Below are positions 1-8,262 of a stretch of 32,000 bases of DNA, piece after piece. Origin of the DNA: Candidatus Poseidoniaceae archaeon. GTDB taxonomy: Archaea; Thermoplasmatota; Poseidoniia; Poseidoniales; Poseidoniaceae. The translations under genes were made by a program, and so were the position numbers. The notes beneath the pieces were generated by a model, which saw nothing but the letters and a program-made list of their open reading frames with translations, was not told where the DNA came from and ran no database searches. Positions within the stretch are counted from its first letter, which is position 1; each line of letters begins with the position of its first letter. The stretch is from assembly GCA_943789275.1 (NCBI GenBank), contig CALSTM010000003.1, positions 120,001-152,000 of the forward strand. The letters are read 5' to 3'.

Positions 1-2
1 TC

Positions 3-314
3 TTACAATTGAGATTCAACTTCGTTCTTTCGAACGCGATAGACGCCGAGAATGACGGCACCGATGACCGTTAGGGTCATGATGTTCGCAGCAATCATGG
101 CAAATGAATCCACGAGGACACCATAGAGTAACCACAGCCCCAGTGCAAACGATACCACGCCAAATGTTGCCAGCGAAATACCGTCATGGCGCTTGTGAAC
201 CCAGACTTGGATGATTTGCGGAATCCAAGCAATGATTCCGATGACGCCTGCGAGCAAGCCAATCGCCTCAATCCATGCCTCTGCCATATCCATTGCCGTC
301 GAAGCAACCTTCAT
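3..314 (-). CDS. SemiSWEET / PQ-loop family small membrane transporter (3 TM)
   Basis: ORF 3..395. The C-terminal ~95 aa resemble bacterial SemiSWEETs (AWIPQIIQVWVHKRHDGIS, LWLLYGVL, IAANIMTL; PQ motif in TM1). Start placed at ATG 314 because GAGGT lies ~4 nt upstream and the upstream gene stops at 332. ATGs at 293 and 287 are alternatives. Confidence 0.65.
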   Translation of the reverse strand: MKVASTAMDMAEAWIEAIGLLAGVIGIIAWIPQIIQVWVHKRHDGISLATFGVVSFALGLWLLYGVLVDSFAMIAANIMTLTVIGAVILGVYRVRKNEVESQL

Positions 315-331
315 CAAACCTCGTGACAATG

Positions 332-1264
332 TTAGACATTCTTTGCCCACGGAGCGGGTGGCTTTGAGATGTTGATGTGAGTGATGTTCGCCCAATCGAC
401 TTTGCGTGGAGACTTTTCGCCGACGACGTGCATTTCGAGTTTCAAATCATAGGGGATTTTGGCCACGATGTTCTTGCCGCCTGTTTTGAGCGTCACCTCA
501 CTTGGGTTGTTTGAAAACAGTGACAAGAGAGAGCGATGGTGGACGGTTGTTGCTTCAACCCCTTCACTTCGAGTGGCGAACCAAGAACGCAATTGGTCCC
601 CTAATCCCAGCGCATAAACATCACCTTTGAGCATCAATCCCCCGTGCAAATGAACTTCGTCCCAAGTATTGAACCCCTCCAAAGTTTCGACTAAGTCCGG
701 GTTTATCTCACCTGGAGCCGTTGTTTCCAGTATCTTGATGAAACCGGCTTCATCCACCATTTTCGCAGCTAAATCCTCTGGTATTTCAGGCCAGTCAAGC
801 CGTTGATGCGTCATGGCTACAATGACGTCAACCTCCAACGGGTCTTGTTGGTGTGGAGTCGCAGGAGGTTCCAACCGTTTGTTATGCAGCGCGGTGAGGA
901 TCTTTGCTTTGCGTGCGATTCTATCAGCAACGCCATCGTGATTGTGCTGCGTACCGTTGTTTCTGTTTTGGACGAAGTGATGTTCCTTGGTAATGATGAA
1001 TGAGCCAGCCCAGTGCTTCTGTTCAACCACCAGCATTGTGTTTCCACCAATGACAACCATGTCAATTTCACGTCGTCCACCGTCAGGGTCGGGTATTCGT
1101 ACAGATTCGTAAATGCTCCATCCGTTTTCTCGTCCAGCAGCTCTGGAAAGTTTACACAAGCGCATTTCAGCCAAATCGCCCGCGCGGTGTATGTCGTCAG
1201 GTGGGTGTTTCAAACGTCGTGAACGCCACCAATTCCACCGAACCTTGAACGACATAAGCCACAT
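332..1264 (-). CDS. NERD (nuclease-related domain) protein with uncharacterised ~180-aa C-terminal region
   Basis: The N-terminal half carries the NERD-like pattern AGDLAEMRLCKL...GWSIYESVRIP...REIDMVVIGGNTMLVVEQKHWAGS (D/E..EID..hhhhE.K). The ATG at 1262-1264 overlaps the upstream TGA by 1 nt (TGATG), which indicates translational coupling. The ORF track starts one codon earlier at a GTG (1267). Confidence 0.55.
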   Translation of the reverse strand: MWLMSFKVRWNWWRSRRLKHPPDDIHRAGDLAEMRLCKLSRAAGRENGWSIYESVRIPDPDGGRREIDMVVIGGNTMLVVEQKHWAGSFIITKEHHFVQNRNNGTQHNHDGVADRIARKAKILTALHNKRLEPPATPHQQDPLEVDVIVAMTHQRLDWPEIPEDLAAKMVDEAGFIKILETTAPGEINPDLVETLEGFNTWDEVHLHGGLMLKGDVYALGLGDQLRSWFATRSEGVEATTVHHRSLLSLFSNNPSEVTLKTGGKNIVAKIPYDLKLEMHVVGEKSPRKVDWANITHINISKPPAPWAKNV

Positions 1265-2052
1265 CACCGTAACAATTCGTCCACGCTCTTGACGATGACG
1301 GTTGGCTGCTGTTCTGCACCGTCTGGGAGTTCGTTGACATCGTCCATGGTCGCTTCACCTGAGAGGACCAGTACGCCAACACAACCCGCACGGCTCGCCA
1401 TGGCGAGGTCGGTGTACAAACGGTCGCCAACCATGGCGCAACGGGCAGGGTCGAGGCCTAAGGCTTCGATTTTGTGAAGAATCATTCCAGCGTTGGGCTT
1501 TCCAGAAATGTGAACAGGGTCAACTCCAGTTGTTGCTTTGAGCATGGCTAAGTACGCTCCAACATCCGGCAATCCTCCATCAGGAGATGGGCAGACCATA
1601 TCCGGGTGACTTGCCACTAAGGGTACGCCAGAGTGCATGAATATGCTGGCTTGAGATATTTTTTCATACGAAATTTCAGTATCGTATCCAAGTACAACGT
1701 ATTGGGGCTCTTGACTTTGGGTTTCTATGCCCTTTTCTTCAAGCATTTCTCTCATGCCTTCAGTTCCGATTAACCATGTTTTTGTGATGCCGTTTGAGTC
1801 GAGCCAAGAGAGCAAGTCATGCGTCGATAGCAAAACATCGTCGGCTTCTGCAGGTATTCCAAACGCTTGCAACTTCTTCACATATTGCTTGACTGAACGG
1901 CTTGAATTGTTTGAAAGAAAGTATCGTTTCACGCCCTTTTCATCGCAGCGGGCGAGGAAGTCAAGCGCGCCCTCAATGAGGTTTCCACCCAAATAAATCG
2001 TTCCGTCTAAATCAAGAAATACAGCGTCAATTTCATTGAGTTGAGCATCCAT
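1264..2052 (-). CDS. HAD superfamily hydrolase, subfamily IIA (NagD-like sugar/nucleotide phosphatase)
   Basis: Motif I FLDLDGTIY, then FLSNNSS, a lysine in SGKPN, and motif IV MVGDRLYTDL. Length is 262 aa. Confidence 0.8.
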   Translation of the reverse strand: MDAQLNEIDAVFLDLDGTIYLGGNLIEGALDFLARCDEKGVKRYFLSNNSSRSVKQYVKKLQAFGIPAEADDVLLSTHDLLSWLDSNGITKTWLIGTEGMREMLEEKGIETQSQEPQYVVLGYDTEISYEKISQASIFMHSGVPLVASHPDMVCPSPDGGLPDVGAYLAMLKATTGVDPVHISGKPNAGMILHKIEALGLDPARCAMVGDRLYTDLAMASRAGCVGVLVLSGEATMDDVNELPDGAEQQPTVIVKSVDELLR

Positions 2053-2061
2053 ACTATCGCC

Positions 2062-3459
2062 TCAGAAAAGCAGTGTTTTCATCATAAACCAAGGGGAATG
2101 AAGGTTTTCTTGCGCCTCTTTACTGGCAATCATTTCCGTCATCATTTCTTGCAGTGCAGGCTTCTTCTCAGCCTTGCCGACAAACCAGTTGAGTAGCCAT
2201 GAACGCCGACTTAACTTCTGCATCCGGAATGAGTTTTTCAATTCTGGGCCAAGGACTTTCCAAACTTCATCTTGATAGTCTAAAAAGGGTAATTTTTCTT
2301 GGATATGCCGTGCTGCCATTTCGCCAGTGACCAGTGCGTTCCCGACGCCTTCTCCTGAAAACGGGTCGACCAAGGATGCAGCATCTCCTACCAACCGAAT
2401 TCCGTTCATGCTGGAACGACGAGGCTGGCGGTCTGCTTTTTTGCGTGGAGAGCCGAACGGCAATTGCCACCCTTTGGCCGAGCCAGGTACCATTTCCGCA
2501 TCAGCAAATCGTTCTTTGAACATCGGATGATTGGCAATAACATCTGCTTGGAGTGCTTTGAGTTTTTTCTTCTGCTTATCCATCAACCCCATCACCATGC
2601 CGATGCCGACGTTGACCACGTTTTCTGAAACGGGGAACAACCAGAAATAACCAGGAATCACGGTGTCAACAAAGTGAATTTCAATATCTCCAGAACTTTC
2701 TTCGCAGCCCTTAACATTACTCCAATATTCGCGGTATCCACCGCAGTAGTGATCTCTGTCCACCATTGCTTCACCGTACGATGATTCGACGACGGAACGA
2801 GCAACGGGACACCTGTATCCTCCAGCGCCAACCAGTTCGCGAGAGTGGAACGTGCGTTCCTCTCCACCTCTTCCACCGATTCGAAGAACAAGTCCAGAGG
2901 CATGGCGAGCATCACCACTGCCTTCGCCAGGGTCTTCACCTCCCTTACCATCATCGAACAAAACGGTACGAACTTCGCCACCCTGAATTACAGAACCCCC
3001 CGCATCTCGAACCAGCTTCTGGCAACGGTTGAACAGGAGGGAATCGAATTGAGCCCGGGGCAATGCATAGCCCGCCTCAAGTCGCTGAACATCTTCCTCA
3101 GGCAACGGCACCCGCACTGAATTCCCCTTTGGGGAGGAGAACATTATTCCAGTAACCCGAAAATGGGGCGTTGATTCTAAGTCGGCCTTAACTCCAAGTT
3201 CTTGGACGTGTGAAAGGGATTTTCCTCCAACTGCATCTCCACAGATTTTATCGCGAGGCCAAACCTCTTTTTCGATGAGCAATACCTTGGCGCCCGCTTT
3301 AGCGAGATATCCGGCAGCAGATGAGCCACCAGGGCCCCCACCGACGACGATAGCGTCGAATTCAGCACCACTTTCTGGCATTTCCCCAGTCTCAATTGGC
3401 TGCTCCCACGAGCGCACACCTTGTGCTCCTTTCGTCGTCATGGTGTTCACACAACGCAT
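2062..3459 (-). CDS. Geranylgeranyl reductase family flavoprotein (archaeal lipid/isoprenoid saturase family)
   Basis: FAD dinucleotide motif FDAIVVGGGPGGSSAAGYLAKAGAKVLLIEK followed by KICGDAVGG, and a C-terminal GDAASLVDPFSGEGVGNAL. The start is uncertain: 3459 has GGGGTGA immediately upstream, and 3441 and 3381 are in-frame ATGs. A Gly/acidic-rich insertion (DDGKGGEDPGEGSGD...GGRGGEE) sits mid-protein. Confidence 0.8.
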   Translation of the reverse strand: MRCVNTMTTKGAQGVRSWEQPIETGEMPESGAEFDAIVVGGGPGGSSAAGYLAKAGAKVLLIEKEVWPRDKICGDAVGGKSLSHVQELGVKADLESTPHFRVTGIMFSSPKGNSVRVPLPEEDVQRLEAGYALPRAQFDSLLFNRCQKLVRDAGGSVIQGGEVRTVLFDDGKGGEDPGEGSGDARHASGLVLRIGGRGGEERTFHSRELVGAGGYRCPVARSVVESSYGEAMVDRDHYCGGYREYWSNVKGCEESSGDIEIHFVDTVIPGYFWLFPVSENVVNVGIGMVMGLMDKQKKKLKALQADVIANHPMFKERFADAEMVPGSAKGWQLPFGSPRKKADRQPRRSSMNGIRLVGDAASLVDPFSGEGVGNALVTGEMAARHIQEKLPFLDYQDEVWKVLGPELKNSFRMQKLSRRSWLLNWFVGKAEKKPALQEMMTEMIASKEAQENLHSPWFMMKTLLF

Positions 3460-3545
3460 TCACCCCTTGAGTCTTAGCGTTCAAGCGGTTGTAAATCATC
3501 CATCTCTACCGTCATACTCATTGGGCGACGCTTCTGCCAAGAAAC

Positions 3546-4520
3546 ATGGGGGAGCAAGTTACGACAGCATCGTCGTCGTTCGACGCAATGGCTTTACCTC
3601 CTTCCGAACGAAGGAAGGCATTGTTCGCCCTTCTTGTTGTAACATCGGTATGGGGTGCCACTTTCATTTGGATGAAGCAGGCCCTCAACACGCTCGAACC
3701 AGAAATACAATCTCAAGGGCGTTTCCAAATCGTTGCTCTTTTGGTTGCCGCACGTTTTATCGTCGCCGCTGTTGTTATGTTCGCTGCTTTTTCGAAAGCA
3801 AGAACAGCTCTTCGCCAATCAGAACAATGGAAAGGTGGGCTGATTCTTGGAAGCATCATGTTGGTCGGCTTTGTGACGCAGATGATTGGTCTTGACGACA
3901 TCACACCTTCAGTGTCTGCATTCTTAACGTCTCTGTACGTCGTATTTACTGCCTTAATCACCATTGTTTTTAGCAAATCAAAACCAACCAGAACCCTTCT
4001 TTTTGGCGTTCTTTTGGCAACCTTTGGCGCAGGTTTCATCCAAGGCCCACCGCATCTCACGTGGGGGCTTGGTGAAGTTTTGACCGTTGTATGCGCGGTG
4101 TTTTTCGCACTTCACATCATCTATACTCAAAAAATAACTCAGGAAGTCGATCCAATTGGAGTTACACTTACATCGTTCCTCGTCATTGCTTTGGGTTCAA
4201 TTCTCTTGCTGTTTGCTTTTGGAGGGGGTCGGACTTTGGACCAGTGGGGCTTGATTTTCCAAGACGGCGTATTTTTACAAGTTCTTTGCCTTGGCATTGG
4301 TGGTTCTTTCTTTTGTCTGCTTTTACTCAATCTCTACCAGCGATATTTGAATCCGATTCAAGCAGCCATCATTTACGCCCTAGAACCCGTATGGGCGACG
4401 ATTTATGGCCTAAGTTTAGGCTTAGACCAGTGGACTGGATGGATACTTTTGGGCGGCGGAGCCTTGTTCATGGGGAACATCGTCGTTGAATTATTTTCAT
4501 CCGGCCATGAGGAAGAGTAA
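3546..4520 (+). CDS. EamA/DMT-superfamily transporter (10 TM)
   Basis: Two-fold repeated 5-TM hydrophobic architecture with an N-terminus (ALLVVTSVWGATFIWMKQAL) typical of EamA-domain proteins. An alternative ATG lies at 3588. Confidence 0.7.
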   Translation: MGEQVTTASSSFDAMALPPSERRKALFALLVVTSVWGATFIWMKQALNTLEPEIQSQGRFQIVALLVAARFIVAAVVMFAAFSKARTALRQSEQWKGGLILGSIMLVGFVTQMIGLDDITPSVSAFLTSLYVVFTALITIVFSKSKPTRTLLFGVLLATFGAGFIQGPPHLTWGLGEVLTVVCAVFFALHIIYTQKITQEVDPIGVTLTSFLVIALGSILLLFAFGGGRTLDQWGLIFQDGVFLQVLCLGIGGSFFCLLLLNLYQRYLNPIQAAIIYALEPVWATIYGLSLGLDQWTGWILLGGGALFMGNIVVELFSSGHEEE

Positions 4521-5741
4521 ATGGCGGGCGGCGACTCGCATACATTGAGGGATACTATGGCGGCTGACAAGAAAGACAATCTCAATGGTTTTGGGAGCAA
4601 GGCAGTTCACAGCGGAACCAACCATATTGGCGATGCCGTTAACACTCCAATCTTCCAATCTTCAACCTACAAACTAACCGATGAACGGTATGCTGGGTGG
4701 GCTGCTGGAGCACAACACACCCTCCTTTATGCACGCCTCTCTACGGTAAATTCCGACGCTGTCGCCCAAAAGTTAACGGCCCTGGAAGACGGCGAAGATG
4801 CTGAGGTTTTCGCCTCGGGAATGGCAGCTATTTCAACCACGCTCTTGACGTTCCTTTCTGCTGGCGACCACATCGTGGCATCTCCTGACGTGTACGGTGG
4901 AACCTACGGTTTATTGACCGAAGAACTACCTCGTTTTGGCATCGAAGTTACGATGGCAGATATGCGAGACCCAGCATCCTACGAGGCGGCCATTCAACCG
5001 AACACCAAGATTCTCTACATTGAAACGCTCACAAATCCTGTTCTCAAGGTGTGCGACATTCCCGCAATGGTTGAAATCGCTCAGCGCCACAACCTCTTGT
5101 GCATTATCGACAACACCTTCGCCTCGCCTTGGTCGTGCCAACCGCTTTCGATGGGAGTGGATTTGGTCATACATTCGACCACAAAATACCTCGGTGGCCA
5201 CTCCGATATTATCGGCGGTGCAGTGGTTGGAAACAGAGAACACATTTCACAAATTTTTGCTCGTAAAATTCATTTCGGCGGTAGCCCCGATCCACACAAT
5301 TGCTATCTTCTTGAACGAGGTATGCGAACCCTCCACGTTCGAATGCCACTGTTGAGTGCGAACGCTATGGAAATCTCAAAACGACTTGAATCCCATCCAC
5401 TGATTGAGAAGGTAAACTATCCGGGTCTTGAATCCCATGACGATTATGAAGTCGCTCAAAGAGTCATGCCCCGTGGTTCTGGAATGGTTGCTTTTGTCGT
5501 TAAAGGCGGTGATGCTGCAGCACTCAAGTTCATGCGTGGTCTCGAAATCATCTACGAAGCAACCAGCCTCGGCGGCGTTGAATCACTCATCGAATGCCCA
5601 TTCAACTCCAGTCACATGATGATTCCAGAGGAGGTTCGTCATGCTGCAGGCCTCGTACCAGGCTTCGTTCGAATGAGCATCGGTATCGAAGACCTTGAGG
5701 ACCTTTGGAACGATATCAGCGCGGCCTTATCGACTCTTTGA
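4521..5741 (+). CDS. Cys/Met-metabolism PLP-dependent enzyme (cystathionine gamma-synthase/beta-lyase / methionine gamma-lyase family)
   Basis: Family hallmarks: NTPIFQSSTY, FASGMAAIS, IDNTFASP, the PLP lysine in HSTTKYLGGHSD, SLGGVESLI, and VRMSIGIEDLEDL at the C-terminus. The ATG directly follows the EamA stop codon. Confidence 0.85.
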   Translation: MAGGDSHTLRDTMAADKKDNLNGFGSKAVHSGTNHIGDAVNTPIFQSSTYKLTDERYAGWAAGAQHTLLYARLSTVNSDAVAQKLTALEDGEDAEVFASGMAAISTTLLTFLSAGDHIVASPDVYGGTYGLLTEELPRFGIEVTMADMRDPASYEAAIQPNTKILYIETLTNPVLKVCDIPAMVEIAQRHNLLCIIDNTFASPWSCQPLSMGVDLVIHSTTKYLGGHSDIIGGAVVGNREHISQIFARKIHFGGSPDPHNCYLLERGMRTLHVRMPLLSANAMEISKRLESHPLIEKVNYPGLESHDDYEVAQRVMPRGSGMVAFVVKGGDAAALKFMRGLEIIYEATSLGGVESLIECPFNSSHMMIPEEVRHAAGLVPGFVRMSIGIEDLEDLWNDISAALSTL

Positions 5742-5763
5742 ACCGATTGACGGGGGCTTTGCG

Positions 5764-6366
5764 ATGGACCAGACTGCTTTCATAGCCTTGCTCGTTTTCA
5801 TTGTACCAATGTGCTTTACCCCCGGGCCAAACAACATGTTGTGCGCTGCACACGGTTCACAGCATGGCTTCCGAGCAACGGTGCCGCTTACCCTTGGAAT
5901 GTTGGTGGGTTGGTCGGTGCTTGGACTTGCAGTAGGGTCTGCAACCCTGGCTATCGAGTCGAATATTGCTGTTTTTGAAGCGTTGACGTATGTGGGCGCA
6001 ACATACATCGCATATCTTGGGGTTTCACTTGCTCGTAGCCCGGTTAAACCGGCTGGAGAAGCGTCGGAGACAGAACGCCTCGGGTTTTTCACCGGAGCAA
6101 TGCTCCAACTTGTCAACGGCAAAGCATGGGTTCACTTTCTTGTCCTCATGGCTACATGGGGGACATTGTTTGGAACCGGCTTCATCAGCAAGGCACTCCT
6201 TGTTGCCGTTAACGCAGCAGCAGGGTATCCAGCCGTCCTCACATGGTCCTTATTTGGCTCGATTCTTAGTAAGATACTGACTTCTCCAGAAAACGGTAAG
6301 CGCCTCAATATTGCACTGGGTATATCGCTTGTTGGGGTTGCCATTTGGGTTGCCATGCCGCACTGA
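5764..6366 (+). CDS. LysE/RhtB family amino-acid efflux protein
   Basis: N-terminal FTPGPNNMLCAAHGSQHGF motif and about 6 TM segments in ~200 aa. Start moved to ATG 5764 (MDQTAF) because the ORF-track start 5695 overlaps the preceding gene. Confidence 0.7.
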   Translation: MDQTAFIALLVFIVPMCFTPGPNNMLCAAHGSQHGFRATVPLTLGMLVGWSVLGLAVGSATLAIESNIAVFEALTYVGATYIAYLGVSLARSPVKPAGEASETERLGFFTGAMLQLVNGKAWVHFLVLMATWGTLFGTGFISKALLVAVNAAAGYPAVLTWSLFGSILSKILTSPENGKRLNIALGISLVGVAIWVAMPH

Positions 6367-8121
6367 TCAATTTGATTCACCGGTGACGGTTTTCAGTGCG
6401 GAGAACGCTTCCATCCATTCTGATTGTGACTTTTCAACTTCATCTGAATCGCAATCAAACAACCTCTGTCCGGCATCCAAGAGTTGTTTTGTAGCGGCGA
6501 GCCAAGCACCACCTCGGTCTCGAGCATTGATTTCAAAGTGCCATTCTTGACCTGTTGCGCGATTTGCTGCAAGCAACCATGCCCACGCAGCAGCAGCTGA
6601 ATCAATTGAATCGTGGCGTTGTGTAGCGGTACGCTCGGCTTTACCAGCTCCTTCGAGCAATCCTTGCAGGATAAGGCCGTGAACAGCGCCTGTTGCTCCG
6701 GTAACTCCGCTGTCACGGGTAGGGAAACGCGCTACTTTTTGTGCGGTTTCACGAGCAGAATCTAGACCTTTGAGAAACGTCCCGAACGGTTTTGGTTTTT
6801 TGTGTTGTTTTTTCCAAATTTCTTCCGCCTCGATGCCGGCAATCCCTAATCCGGCCAAACCATCCATTCCCCATTTTTCCCAAAGAGCGGCAAGAATATT
6901 ACCACAACTCGTACCGGTCATGACTTCAAGAGCAGCAGCCTTTCTATCGGAAACATCTCCCTTCGCGGTAATCCGAAGGCCTTCGCCATCGGTCGACCCT
7001 TCTTTCATTGAAGCAAACAACATGAGAGCAGCCAAGTGCCTTTCGTCCTTTGAACCGGGGTGTGCTTGGAGCGCGTTTTCGATGTCGGCCAGATTGTCGC
7101 CAGCAACCCATGAATCTCCGACGACTAAACCAGAGTTAATGGAGTCGAGAACGGCCCTTTGAATGGCTAAAGAAATCACTCCTTCGTTCATGGTTAGTCC
7201 TTGCCAAGCGTCGATTATTTTATTCATGCCTTCGCTTGCAGTATCTGGTAGTGGTGTATCTTCATCCCACCCATTCGGAGCCCAATTGGCATCGATGGTA
7301 AGGATAGAGGGTAAGAATGGAGGTAACATAGAGAGCGCCATGTGGTGAATAAAAGACGATTCTTTCTTCGTCGTTTTTGACAACACATCAAAACCAATGG
7401 CAAGAACAGGGCCGTGTTTGAGTGTGAATCGCAAATAGCCTTCACCGCTTGGTTTGAAATCAAGAACCGATTGCGCATCAATGCCTTCAGTGACCCATAT
7501 AGTCTGCGACAAATCTTCCACTTTGGAAAAATCAAATCTAGAGCGGCCTAAAACATCATCAAGCCATTCATCGGGCGGTGCTGGTTTCGGCCCCGTGCAT
7601 ACAAATCCGCCCTTCCAGGTGAAGAAATACATGCCTCTCTTGGCATGGTCTTCCCACGGCAGCATGCGCAATGTGAGGTTGGAATAGTTTTGCAAACCGG
7701 CGAGGTAGCCTTGTTTTCCATCGCCTCGTCGAATGAACGATGCTGAGCCGAATGAACCGGATGTGAAATTGCCAACCAGTGTGATGTCTTGGTCATGTGC
7801 AGCGTGAAGTGAACCGGCGAATGCTTTGGCCACTTGGTCACCTCTTTTCGACATCATGCGCTTGCCGAGCCAAGCCACGTTGTCTTTCTTGCGAATGATG
7901 GTTTCCAACTCTTTCATGGTTTTCGTGACAGGATCGGTCCTTCCCCAGCTGATTTTTCCTTTCCACGTCATCACAGGTAGGTGCGCTCGTGGATTTTCGA
8001 GGAGACTTGCTAATTCTCTCTTGAGTTTATTTGCAGTCGCTTCGTTGGCATGTTTGGTGCCGCGCATCCTTACACGCTGCTTTTTTTGACCGGGGAATTC
8101 AACTTTCGACGGACCAGCCAT
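6367..8121 (-). CDS. Hypothetical soluble protein, 584 aa, no family recognised (orphan)
   Basis: Long uninterrupted ORF with coding-like composition and no TM segments. Only weak motif-level resemblance to ADP-ribosylglycohydrolase-fold proteins, in residues ~320-490 (see findings). Its stop abuts the LysE stop within the palindrome TGATCA (6364-6369). Confidence 0.6.
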   Translation of the reverse strand: MAGPSKVEFPGQKKQRVRMRGTKHANEATANKLKRELASLLENPRAHLPVMTWKGKISWGRTDPVTKTMKELETIIRKKDNVAWLGKRMMSKRGDQVAKAFAGSLHAAHDQDITLVGNFTSGSFGSASFIRRGDGKQGYLAGLQNYSNLTLRMLPWEDHAKRGMYFFTWKGGFVCTGPKPAPPDEWLDDVLGRSRFDFSKVEDLSQTIWVTEGIDAQSVLDFKPSGEGYLRFTLKHGPVLAIGFDVLSKTTKKESSFIHHMALSMLPPFLPSILTIDANWAPNGWDEDTPLPDTASEGMNKIIDAWQGLTMNEGVISLAIQRAVLDSINSGLVVGDSWVAGDNLADIENALQAHPGSKDERHLAALMLFASMKEGSTDGEGLRITAKGDVSDRKAAALEVMTGTSCGNILAALWEKWGMDGLAGLGIAGIEAEEIWKKQHKKPKPFGTFLKGLDSARETAQKVARFPTRDSGVTGATGAVHGLILQGLLEGAGKAERTATQRHDSIDSAAAAWAWLLAANRATGQEWHFEINARDRGGAWLAATKQLLDAGQRLFDCDSDEVEKSQSEWMEAFSALKTVTGESN

Positions 8122-8262
8122 ATATTCCCCTCAGTACACCCCACGAACCCCTCTCGTTTGACTCCTTCGCGCCTTCATATACTCTTGACTTGTTAGCATT
8201 GTGCGACGGAAGACGCCTCATTGAGCACACAATAAGGCATTCCGTTTGACTGAGGAATAACT

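Noticed and set aside
3275-3895. 206-aa plus-strand ORF spanning the GGR start and the EamA start
   Set aside because: It is antisense to the well-supported GGR N-terminus and out of frame with EamA. Its translation is Pro/Ser/Arg/Cys-rich with no motifs.
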